Origin: a virus
Taxonomy: Duplodnaviria; Heunggongvirae; Uroviricota; Caudoviricetes
Reading direction: 5' to 3' (one strand)
DNA length: 64,000 nucleotides
IMG/VR virus record: IMGVR_UViG_3300033067_001661
Location: 96,001-160,000 of that record
The notes under the pieces are model-generated. The model was not told the DNA's origin. It searched no databases and saw only the letters and a list, made by a program, of their open reading frames with translations. How positions within the stretch are numbered: the first letter of the stretch is position 1; every line of letters begins with the position of its first letter. A program made the position numbers and the translations under genes. Shown in pieces: positions 56,401 through 64,000 of the stretch.

Positions 56401-58157
56401 AAATCACCAGGCTCAATCGAGACGGTATCGAGCGCTCTATAAACTCGATAGCCCGCAACCGCTTCAGTTGGAGCAGCGCTCCATTGAATTGTATTTTGCC
56501 TATCCGCAGCGAAACCTATCTGTTGTCTTGGAGGAGGCGGTTTAGGAAGATCAACAAAATCGGCAAAGTCAAACGAAATTGTCCTTGTCTGGCTTTGATT
56601 ACCAAACTCGTCAACGCAGTATATATCAAAACGATACCTGCTATTTGCTACTGCATAAGACGAACTCAAACTATAAATAGTAGAACGACCAACATTAAGT
56701 TGATCAATCAAGACCGTATCGGTAAGAGTTCCTAGATCTGTTCTTGTTATAGAAAGAACATTATAGCTAAATATTGACTTAGAATTCTCCCATCTCAAAA
56801 TAAGTGTTCTGTCAGGCTTATCTGTTACAGAAAGAGACTGAACGGCTTCTGGCTCTTGAAAAGTTCTAGTAAAATGCCGAACTCTTTTACCTAAACTCTT
56901 AAGACCATCAGCGTCAACGTTTCTAACTGTTATGTAATACAACGTTCTAGGTTCTATGGACTTGTAAAATGTTTGACCATTATTCTTGTAAGGAAAGACC
57001 TCAATAGAACGATACGGAACACCCACAAGCGTTGGAATCCAATCCGAAGTTACAACCGTTCCGTCCGATCTATACTCTTCTATCAATATTTCAGCAGCGC
57101 CGGTGAAGTTTAGATATGGATCGGTATAAGAAATCCAAGATATATTGATACCATTCGTTGAAGCTCCTGAATCAGAAGCATAATCAACTATTTCAACCTG
57201 AACAACGTCAGGAGGACCATCTATCTCAACAGGCAAACCAAGTCTCGTAACTCCTTCAGATTCAATATCCCAACGAGTAACCGTTTTCAAAACGATTAGA
57301 TACCTTTGACCATTCTCAAGACCGTCAATACTAATATCAGCTTTAGAAGAATCAACTTCATATACAGACTGGTCTCCTATTGGTATTCTTTCTTCATTAA
57401 CAGGAGTCATGTAAACTCTGTATGCAAAAACGTTTCCATAAGGAGCGGAATTCCATGAAATATGCAAAACATTACTTGAGTTACCAATTCTAACATTACT
57501 TGGATTAGCAGGAACACTCAAGTCCTTTTCAGTTATCACAAGAACAGCGGATGAAAGCGGACTTGCATTCCCGCTAAAATCATATGCTTTCACCTTGTAA
57601 TAGTATATTGAGTTTTCTTCTAAATCCGTATCGCTAAATTCATTTGAGGACGTTTCTGAAATAAGAGAATAAGAGATGTTATCTCTACTCCTATATATCT
57701 CATAAACATCAAAATCAACATCTGAACTAGCTGTCCAACTTATTGTTGCAGAATCAATAGACTTTGTAACAATATAAAGCCCTGATGGTTGAGCAGGAGG
57801 AGTTGAGTCAACATAATCAATTGAAAGGAAATTGGAAAAGGCGCTAATCTGCCCAATTACGCCAGGCCTCATTCTCATCCATACATATACTGTACTATTA
57901 TCAAGCAATGATTTCTTGTAGTCTCCAAACGTTCTAATAATGTATCTGTCAATCATTCCCCAACCGCTCGAAACATTCAGAGTCAAAGATGACGGAGTTG
58001 ACAATTCCCAGCCTTCTATGACACCAGGGCCAATAAGGTCTGAAATAAAAGCCATATGCGAATCTATACTCATAAACCTACGAGTATCTACAATTTCAGA
58101 GTAGATATCGCCAGTTATGAATGCTTCAAGTCCAAAATGTGGTGTTCTAACAGGCAT
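53487..58157 (-). CDS. Large virion protein with FN3 repeats and BNR/Asp-box propeller
   Basis: PPAQPSGL...ISW...YEIYRS...YYYKVKAYD FN3 repeats, YTSEDFGVSW and TYNSGVAW Asp-boxes, Gly/Ser-rich C-terminus. Confidence 0.78.
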   Translation of the reverse strand: MPVRTPHFGLEAFITGDIYSEIVDTRRFMSIDSHMAFISDLIGPGVIEGWELSTPSSLTLNVSSGWGMIDRYIIRTFGDYKKSLLDNSTVYVWMRMRPGVIGQISAFSNFLSIDYVDSTPPAQPSGLYIVTKSIDSATISWTASSDVDFDVYEIYRSRDNISYSLISETSSNEFSDTDLEENSIYYYKVKAYDFSGNASPLSSAVLVITEKDLSVPANPSNVRIGNSSNVLHISWNSAPYGNVFAYRVYMTPVNEERIPIGDQSVYEVDSSKADISIDGLENGQRYLIVLKTVTRWDIESEGVTRLGLPVEIDGPPDVVQVEIVDYASDSGASTNGINISWISYTDPYLNFTGAAEILIEEYRSDGTVVTSDWIPTLVGVPYRSIEVFPYKNNGQTFYKSIEPRTLYYITVRNVDADGLKSLGKRVRHFTRTFQEPEAVQSLSVTDKPDRTLILRWENSKSIFSYNVLSITRTDLGTLTDTVLIDQLNVGRSTIYSLSSSYAVANSRYRFDIYCVDEFGNQSQTRTISFDFADFVDLPKPPPPRQQIGFAADRQNTIQWSAAPTEAVAGYRVYRALDTVSIEPGDFSLIETVSATTFSYTDYEVENETTYIYFVTTVDLFGQESLNPIDDSYINYALITLRPTSSTTLNPPAALSYSLNGQNVQLTWQPTAGQFDGYEIYRSIGNKFSFQLIATVLPAVTYYVDANALTKTGKAYYIVRKFRNEADLFVTESNIQVSNAILLGKVITKNGVSEFDLSSVRNIAKLEDPVRTETVNRLAVHKHEYIDEENDRRINLSDVITVSDWETSDNQTYTTQTDISETTIYSVYLNGEEASSYGVLFSLNKVEGSLNFEIRLAATGFELTEQTFPFSEPPTVEVRFSNLEEVQNILPKSRINGVSAQQVGVGVFEKVQIPSINHGGRIKERLEPVQISTLTVDDGYRYAPVDGEEDLGDGIVFYCIMQAHGDSDVLIAGTSDGIYTSEDFGVSWDRRFETITPVLRFFYSEKYQTYFAATNRGILFGRGGQAGDFSIWTEVAGAENAKIIRDICEDEDGNVFCSSDLGVYKLRRDIGQGSFFFQQTPIFGPRSTEAYAMLRDEDRSRIVVSNELGIFETYNSGVAWTFSDEFTEQRPIFALVASNGYLFAITDYMLWRKSPSSQFFERIGVMENASISRKMVIWNDRIYITTDSGLMATISDSDIYADLTVTFEQAFSQLKVNDEILPATSLDVIDNKLFVGSEDKLFISDRPGRLSLHWENESEVIPTVYVNGEKQFIGYRFSTSQDRLRKFVCFDVKQKLNSVITVANQYKKYKAKYGGWADTNYISAVSLFIDGKRMNKMSVSEKPAVAIASLVLPTYNDRNAHKVGADLAKAKFEDSRTKLLAVERNSDGQITALTGFSKDNVVSTLYGIERFLSQIYEGARVVQVTNADGTTSEQPFTVPAFRVILLNPTELVNKAVFGSFGSYKDWARDADNSTSSNIGSFGSELNTDGILPESLIGSSGSLGSNGGGGSIGGGSSVSNDDTTSGADSSSGTNSGTNSGSGTGSGTNSGIRNNEGGG
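53500..53680 (-). repeat. Low-complexity Gly/Ser/Thr/Asn coding repeat
   Basis: GTNSGTNSGSGTGSGTNSG, with repeated cccgaa/ccctgaa units on the plus strand. Confidence 0.6.
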
Positions 58158-61100
58158 TTAGATCTTAACTCTCATGCTGACAAATTCATTATTCTCAAGC
58201 TCAAACATAATTGAGAAGTTCTTTACTACAGGAACATCGGAATACGAACCGCAATAGACCTGAGAAGTAGCGTCATTGGCCTTGAATGTAAACGAGTTAC
58301 TGTTGTTTTCAAATACTTCTCCATTGAAAACGTCTATAGACAAGTAATAAGTTTTAGCGGCATCAATATTTGAAAGTAAAGGCGTATAGTTTATCGTCGC
58401 TGTTTGTCCAGGATTTAACGTCTTACCAGAAACTGGCAAAGCGAATTCGTCTGCGAACCAATTAGCGATATCATTTCCGCTAAATGCCGTATGTTTAAGA
58501 TCCGTTCTTTCAGGGTCATTGTAGAACCTTACTCTAAAATGATAAGTCTCAATGTTGGCTGTTGTATTGGTGAAATCAAAGCTTATTGTATCAACATAAG
58601 TTGTTCCGCATGACTGAGTAAATGAGTAGTTGTCATAAACCGTCAAGGTTTCAACCTCATTCGTCATTTCTACTTTGACATAGTAGTATGTATTGCATCG
58701 AAGAGGAGTGTTTCCTATTGGAGTAAAGGACATTGCTGTAGTATTGTTTGGTGGAAGGACTACTCCGCCAGTTGGGAATATGTCTCCATCAGAACTAAAT
58801 CCAACATAAGAATCGCTACTATCAGCATAGTAAACAAGATTCGTTAGCCCTGGGTCTTCGTAGAAGCTAACCTTGAAATTACAAGTTCTTTCAAGATTAT
58901 CCTCGTTCTTGAATGACCACTCGACAGCATTTAACAAAAGAGGCAACCCATACGGGCTATACTCTTCAGGAACAAGGCCAGAAGCTTCAGCCTTTGTTGG
59001 AGTAATAAGTCTTACACCAACCCTAAGGCCACTACCAACTTGAGAATCATCAGTTGTAAAGATTCTATTCTCATCAACTATCTGATACTCTGCAAAATCA
59101 GTAGAGTTATTCGTATTGATACCAAAAACAACGTCAGCGGAAACGGGAAGCAACTTGGTCGAAGTTACTATTCCGCTCTTAACTCTGCTTGGAAGCACAA
59201 AGTTCGTAGTAAAGAAGTGCGTCGAATCGCTAGAAATGCTCTTGATTATAACATTTCTCAAAGACGGACTCAAACCTCTAACTCTACTCTTCATGACTAC
59301 CTTGAACTGTATAAACTGACCAGTCAAGAATGATATATCAGAACTCTGATCTTTACCGTCAACAGAGAATTCAAAAGCTTTATCAAGCAACTCGTCCTTT
59401 GTTGCGGCTGTCTTAACATAAATAGTAACACTTGTATTATCTGGTATGGTTGCGTCCCAAGATATCTTATCCCAAGCAACAAGATTATTTGTTCCATTGA
59501 AGATTTCGCTGAAGTATTCTCCACTCTCCTCTTCAACTATATCAGCCGAGTAGAACCTATCGTTTCCTTCTCTTATTGCAACCGCATTTCCGAATTCGTC
59601 TATTTTGAGAACTCTGTTGCGATTAATAAACGATGCAAGATCAGATATGGAAATTTCGTCAAAGAGATTCTCATTAAGCGTTGATTGCGCATCGTCAGTG
59701 TAAAGATTGGTTTCATTACCAGCCCTATCAATGAGTTTCAAATAAACTCTCTTGACATTTTCAGCCCTTCCAATCTTATAGATGTAAGAGTCAGAAACAA
59801 ACCAAACCGCATTGTCAAGACCGCCAATAACATCTCTAACTTGCTCATTATGAGTGTATTTTGCATTCCATACATTATCTAATGCATAAACTGTATTACC
59901 TATAGCGGCATAAAGCTTATCAGAAATAGTTCTGATAGAATGGACTGCTGAAGGAACAGTCTTGAATGAATGAACAAATGGAGAATCAGGAACCTTAGAC
60001 CTCTTAATCTGTCCATTTGCTGACATTCCCGCAAATATGTATCCTTGTCCGTTTACAGTTGCCTTGCCAATACTCAAGACATTCCTATCAGCATTAACGT
60101 CAACAATCTGTTGAGTACGATTCTTTGGATCAAGCTTGTATATACGACCCTCATATCCTGTTGCCGCATAAAGCTCTCTATCAGATTCAACAAGGGAATA
60201 TATAGCTCCGCTTATGTTTCTGAAAACTTCAGTTGTTGTTGTACCGTCAAAGGAATACAAAGCACCATATCCACCGCCACCGCCGCCAAAGTAAAGAACC
60301 TCGTCAAAGACAACGGCGCAGTAAGCATGAGTATTGGAAGGAAGAGTTCGAAGCAAATCAAACTTCATAGTTGACGAGTTCATAACCCATAACTTTCCAG
60401 AACCGTTAGGGCTACCTGTTCCAGCGTATATTCTACCCTGATACTCAATAAGGAACTCAACAGAAGCGCTTGGATTTGCAACACCGCCAACAACATCCAA
60501 AGTATCTATAAGATCCCATGTCTGGTCAACACCGTTGTAACGATAGACATTGGCTGGCTCGGCTGTGCCTGCCATCATTGCTTGATTTCCGCCAATAGGC
60601 TGATAGCTTAGAAGCCTACGACCCTTGCCGCTCTCAAAAGTAAACTGCCTACTTACGCTATCAAATATCTCTCCAACGTTATGAAGCAAGAATCTTGTAA
60701 AGACAATAGGCTCTAACGGAGTTTCTCCGTCTGAAGTAAAGTTAGTGAAATTGGAAACAATCATCTTGTCAATGCCCGAAACGTCGTCAAAGACTCCTTC
60801 TACATCATCCTCAAGAGGCGATACATTAACCTCAAAAATACTTCTTTCTCTTCTTGTTCCAAGAGTAATCTTTCCTCTTGGTGGAGTTCTGTCAAGAATG
60901 ATCTTATCAAACGGAAGATCGCTAACAGAGTCATTTATCTGAAGAGTGTTTATGTCTCCGCCGGTCGAGGCAAAGATACTTCCATTCGCCGATACAAGCC
61001 TTTCAAGTCTTGTTGCCTTATTGCCAAGAGCAATTTGCTGAGCTTTATTCTGAGCAAAAGTTCCAATCTTCTCAATATCAAAACGAACATTAACTTTGAT

Positions 61101-64000
61101 AATATCTGTTTCAGAAAGAGGATAGCTAAATCTCAATAACTTATCGCTAGGAGAGAACGAGTACCCTCTTGTTATCTTATTACCATTCAAGATAACTTCA
61201 TATACCGTATTCTTGGAAATTACTCTGTTGTCAAGACCAACAACTCGGAATGTCTGTAGGTCATCATTCCTCTTTGGCAAAACAGCGTTAAGCGTAAAGT
61301 CCGAACTTCTAAACTTGGTTATCTCTGTTCTTTCCGTTGTAAAAGACTCTTCTGTAAAAGTTATCTGGAACAAATTATAACCCGAAGCAATCCATAGAAT
61401 ATTGGGATTTCTCCACCTAATGGCTTTTGCATTTACAAAGATTGGAAGGTTTACGTCGCCAACCCCAACCTGAGTTGCAGCAGCAGGAGGAGCATTGGTG
61501 TTATCAAAATTCAACGGAGAAATTCCAACACCAATCATCTTATTGACGCCTGCTGTTGTGGCTATATACCTAATAGCTGTATTACGAATTGCTATATCGT
61601 TAATCTTGTTAGAGTTAAGACCGTTTGCTGTTGTAAAGACAGAAATCTCTCCGCCGCTATAACGAATAAGACCTTCTTCGGAACCAATCCAGGCAACATT
61701 TGAAGCATCAACCTTTACGGTCGTAATCTTATTAGTTGGCAATCCAGAATTCTGGTCAATCTTGATTATATCGTCGTCAGCAACCGCAATAGTCCTTACT
61801 GTTGTTGCATTTTCTTTTGTCAAAACAAGACTTGAATATATGTTGTTTAGACTAACAATGTACAGTCCCTCGCTAGAAGCAATGTACAAGTTATTAAGTC
61901 CGTCAATATCAACACAAACAGGTTTTGCTGGTAAGTTTCCAGAAAGCTTGAAGAAGTATGAATGGTCAGAGCTTGCGTAAATGCCACTAGAGGTTGACAA
62001 GAACATATTAGCTTTCTTGTCAAAAGAAATTGAGTTTACAGAAAGACCTTTGATGTTGTAATTATCAGAATCAAGCAAATAAGCCTTACTCGTATCTCTG
62101 TCATAGTACATCAAACCAATTGATGTTCCAAACCAAGAATCTCCATTGTTATTGCTTGCAACAGCCAAAACTTCAGTCTTTGGCATATTTGTTGTTGCCG
62201 AAGAAACAAGACTTATATTGAATGGATTCACAGCGTCCGATAGGTAGTATCTAAGATTTCCAATAACAAATCTAGAAGCTAAATTATCTGAGAAATCTCC
62301 AAACCTAAGCTCTTTTCTATTCAAATCGCCGTCAAGTCTTCGTTCGCCAAATAAAGTCGTTTCATGATCAGAAACATTATAATCAGGAACAAAGCTAAAA
62401 TCATAAATCAAGTCTCTTACTTGACCAAAAATGTCATTATTATACAGTATCTCTCTTGGGCTTGAAACTTGTAAGTTCTCAAAAAGTATATGCAAGTTAC
62501 CACTAAACTTAGAAGGTATATTAGGCCTAAAAACTTCCTTAGGTAGTCCGAAATCAAAATCAACATCAAATGAAGCTGTATAAGAAGAAGGCTTGTCCTG
62601 ATTACTGCTATACCAAACCTGAGAAGAAGCGTCCCACTTCAACATTGCAATAGACGGGCTTTTCAAACTAACGTCACTTGCTCTTGCTACATATGGGTCA
62701 TAAGGCGAAACAATTTTCTCTTGTTGTTTTTCGAATACTACAAAAATATCGCCTGTTGACGAGTTGAGTCCAGCCTTAGGATGAGTAGAGTCATAGTCGC
62801 CTGTTGTAAGCTGCAAAACAGACTTTGCGAAAACCAATCTAGGATTGATTTGCCTTCCAAAAAGCTGTATGTTGTTATCAACAGTATCTTGCCAAACAAC
62901 AAAGACTTGACCTTTCAAATCAATACAAATGGTAGAGTTATCTGCTCGTACAGACCCTGTACCAGAAACAGAAAAGTCAAAGCCTCCTTGAGCCGCAGAA
63001 TTCCACTTCTTTTGTCCGTCGTCATAAACAGCCATCTTAATTGACGAAGAACCGTTTCTCTCAAAAGCTGTCCAAGACATATATAAAGAAGTGTTGTTAG
63101 AAATAATAGCAGGTCTCTTTGCTCCAACAGCTTCGTTTGTGACCTGAATATCCTGCTTACCAAATGCATTACTCTCCCATTGTCCGTTTGACGCATTTCT
63201 GCGACAGTAGAAAATCTGAGGCTGAGACGCTCTATGATCTTCCCAAACAACGTGAGCATTATTCTTGCTATCAATAGCAATCTTTGGAGCAAACGAATCA
63301 TAAAGATTTGACGTAAGCAAATATGGCTCAGACCATCCATTCACATTCTTTGTTATAACCGCAATATCTGTATAATCAGATCTTGTTGTTTCATAAACAA
63401 CGTAGATATTTCCATAACTATCAACGGCTATACTAGGATTGGATGAACTAAAATCGTCAGATACAATAAGCTCCGGCTCTGACCATTCAGTGTTAGCATC
63501 ATAGTAGCTATAATAGAGTTGTCTTCTATTGATACCCTTACCGTCGTCATGCCATACCGCATGAGTCTTTCCTGTAGAATCACAGAACACAGAAGGTCTA
63601 GCCGCATTTCCTTGATTAGTTGCGGCAAGCTTTATCGTTGTTTCAGCAATCAGCTTGTAAGACTGATCGCTTGCTTTCTTTCCATAGAGTTTGATTCTTG
63701 TCTTCTTTCCAACAAGTCTATAATCAGTCAACTCAGTTGTATCATACAAGAATGATCTTTCTGCGCCTTCAAAGATAATCTCTTGAGGCAAGAACCATAT
63801 GTTTTCGCTACACAAACCATCATTAACATATATACCCGTTCCTTTTGGCTTACCTGTATTAGACGGAGTATCGCTATCCTCAAAATCATCTATTCTAAGG
63901 CTAAAGTCGATTGTCCATCCGCGAGAATTATCAACTCTTTCAAACCAAGGCGTGCCCTTCTTCCTATGACAGTAAAACCATTTACCTGTAGAGTATGTTC
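58158..64000 (-). CDS. Giant beta-propeller-rich virion protein, 5'-truncated by the window end
   Basis: Frame stays open from 63815 to the window end (TYSTGKWFYCHRKKGTPW...). Repeated PxIAxDxxGxxxVVW blades, Reg_prop-like GLPTNKI and GLNSNKI, duplicated C-terminal FxVxFYxDP domains. Confidence 0.8.
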   Translation of the reverse strand, partial: TYSTGKWFYCHRKKGTPWFERVDNSRGWTIDFSLRIDDFEDSDTPSNTGKPKGTGIYVNDGLCSENIWFLPQEIIFEGAERSFLYDTTELTDYRLVGKKTRIKLYGKKASDQSYKLIAETTIKLAATNQGNAARPSVFCDSTGKTHAVWHDDGKGINRRQLYYSYYDANTEWSEPELIVSDDFSSSNPSIAVDSYGNIYVVYETTRSDYTDIAVITKNVNGWSEPYLLTSNLYDSFAPKIAIDSKNNAHVVWEDHRASQPQIFYCRRNASNGQWESNAFGKQDIQVTNEAVGAKRPAIISNNTSLYMSWTAFERNGSSSIKMAVYDDGQKKWNSAAQGGFDFSVSGTGSVRADNSTICIDLKGQVFVVWQDTVDNNIQLFGRQINPRLVFAKSVLQLTTGDYDSTHPKAGLNSSTGDIFVVFEKQQEKIVSPYDPYVARASDVSLKSPSIAMLKWDASSQVWYSSNQDKPSSYTASFDVDFDFGLPKEVFRPNIPSKFSGNLHILFENLQVSSPREILYNNDIFGQVRDLIYDFSFVPDYNVSDHETTLFGERRLDGDLNRKELRFGDFSDNLASRFVIGNLRYYLSDAVNPFNISLVSSATTNMPKTEVLAVASNNNGDSWFGTSIGLMYYDRDTSKAYLLDSDNYNIKGLSVNSISFDKKANMFLSTSSGIYASSDHSYFFKLSGNLPAKPVCVDIDGLNNLYIASSEGLYIVSLNNIYSSLVLTKENATTVRTIAVADDDIIKIDQNSGLPTNKITTVKVDASNVAWIGSEEGLIRYSGGEISVFTTANGLNSNKINDIAIRNTAIRYIATTAGVNKMIGVGISPLNFDNTNAPPAAATQVGVGDVNLPIFVNAKAIRWRNPNILWIASGYNLFQITFTEESFTTERTEITKFRSSDFTLNAVLPKRNDDLQTFRVVGLDNRVISKNTVYEVILNGNKITRGYSFSPSDKLLRFSYPLSETDIIKVNVRFDIEKIGTFAQNKAQQIALGNKATRLERLVSANGSIFASTGGDINTLQINDSVSDLPFDKIILDRTPPRGKITLGTRRERSIFEVNVSPLEDDVEGVFDDVSGIDKMIVSNFTNFTSDGETPLEPIVFTRFLLHNVGEIFDSVSRQFTFESGKGRRLLSYQPIGGNQAMMAGTAEPANVYRYNGVDQTWDLIDTLDVVGGVANPSASVEFLIEYQGRIYAGTGSPNGSGKLWVMNSSTMKFDLLRTLPSNTHAYCAVVFDEVLYFGGGGGGYGALYSFDGTTTTEVFRNISGAIYSLVESDRELYAATGYEGRIYKLDPKNRTQQIVDVNADRNVLSIGKATVNGQGYIFAGMSANGQIKRSKVPDSPFVHSFKTVPSAVHSIRTISDKLYAAIGNTVYALDNVWNAKYTHNEQVRDVIGGLDNAVWFVSDSYIYKIGRAENVKRVYLKLIDRAGNETNLYTDDAQSTLNENLFDEISISDLASFINRNRVLKIDEFGNAVAIREGNDRFYSADIVEEESGEYFSEIFNGTNNLVAWDKISWDATIPDNTSVTIYVKTAATKDELLDKAFEFSVDGKDQSSDISFLTGQFIQFKVVMKSRVRGLSPSLRNVIIKSISSDSTHFFTTNFVLPSRVKSGIVTSTKLLPVSADVVFGINTNNSTDFAEYQIVDENRIFTTDDSQVGSGLRVGVRLITPTKAEASGLVPEEYSPYGLPLLLNAVEWSFKNEDNLERTCNFKVSFYEDPGLTNLVYYADSSDSYVGFSSDGDIFPTGGVVLPPNNTTAMSFTPIGNTPLRCNTYYYVKVEMTNEVETLTVYDNYSFTQSCGTTYVDTISFDFTNTTANIETYHFRVRFYNDPERTDLKHTAFSGNDIANWFADEFALPVSGKTLNPGQTATINYTPLLSNIDAAKTYYLSIDVFNGEVFENNSNSFTFKANDATSQVYCGSYSDVPVVKNFSIMFELENNEFVSMRVKI

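Noticed and set aside
1-64000. tRNA, rRNA or IS elements
   Set aside because: Intergenic gaps are tiny, and no cloverleaf, transposase or terminal inverted repeats were recognised by eye.

Overview
A gene-dense 64-kb segment of what looks like a huge (jumbo) bacteriophage genome, read in the standard genetic code. Nearly every gene is on the minus strand. The exceptions are two AT-rich, free-standing LAGLIDADG endonuclease genes on the plus strand. Positions 1-37.5 kb form a replication, recombination and modification region. It holds UvrD, a Cas4-like nuclease, RecA, a putative SSB, DnaB, a DnaC-like loader and an SF2 helicase. It also holds a DnaG primase split into two distant genes, a DnaE polymerase split into two intein-free genes, five DNA methyltransferases, IF3, SpoVS, NeuA-like, Maf-like and sulfotransferase genes, and three glycosyltransferases. 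Positions 37.5-64 kb encode very large virion-type proteins with vWA, LamG, FN3, Kelch and beta-propeller domains and a GH56-like barrel. Most notable: (1) An 8-nt insert, TAT-TAG-CT-TAT, lies in the catalytic SPPY motif of a methyltransferase next to a divergent homing endonuclease, resembling a miniature ribosomal-bypass/homing cassette. A second divergent LAGLIDADG sits beside a gene that appears to start at AUU. (2) DnaE is split at its active site, with a degenerate duplicated palm segment and a nuclease plus methylase pair between the halves. (3) A stand-alone intein lacks exteins and catalytic residues. (4) A vWA domain is interrupted by about 2,000 residues of other domains. All family calls come from motif recognition by eye; no database search was run.
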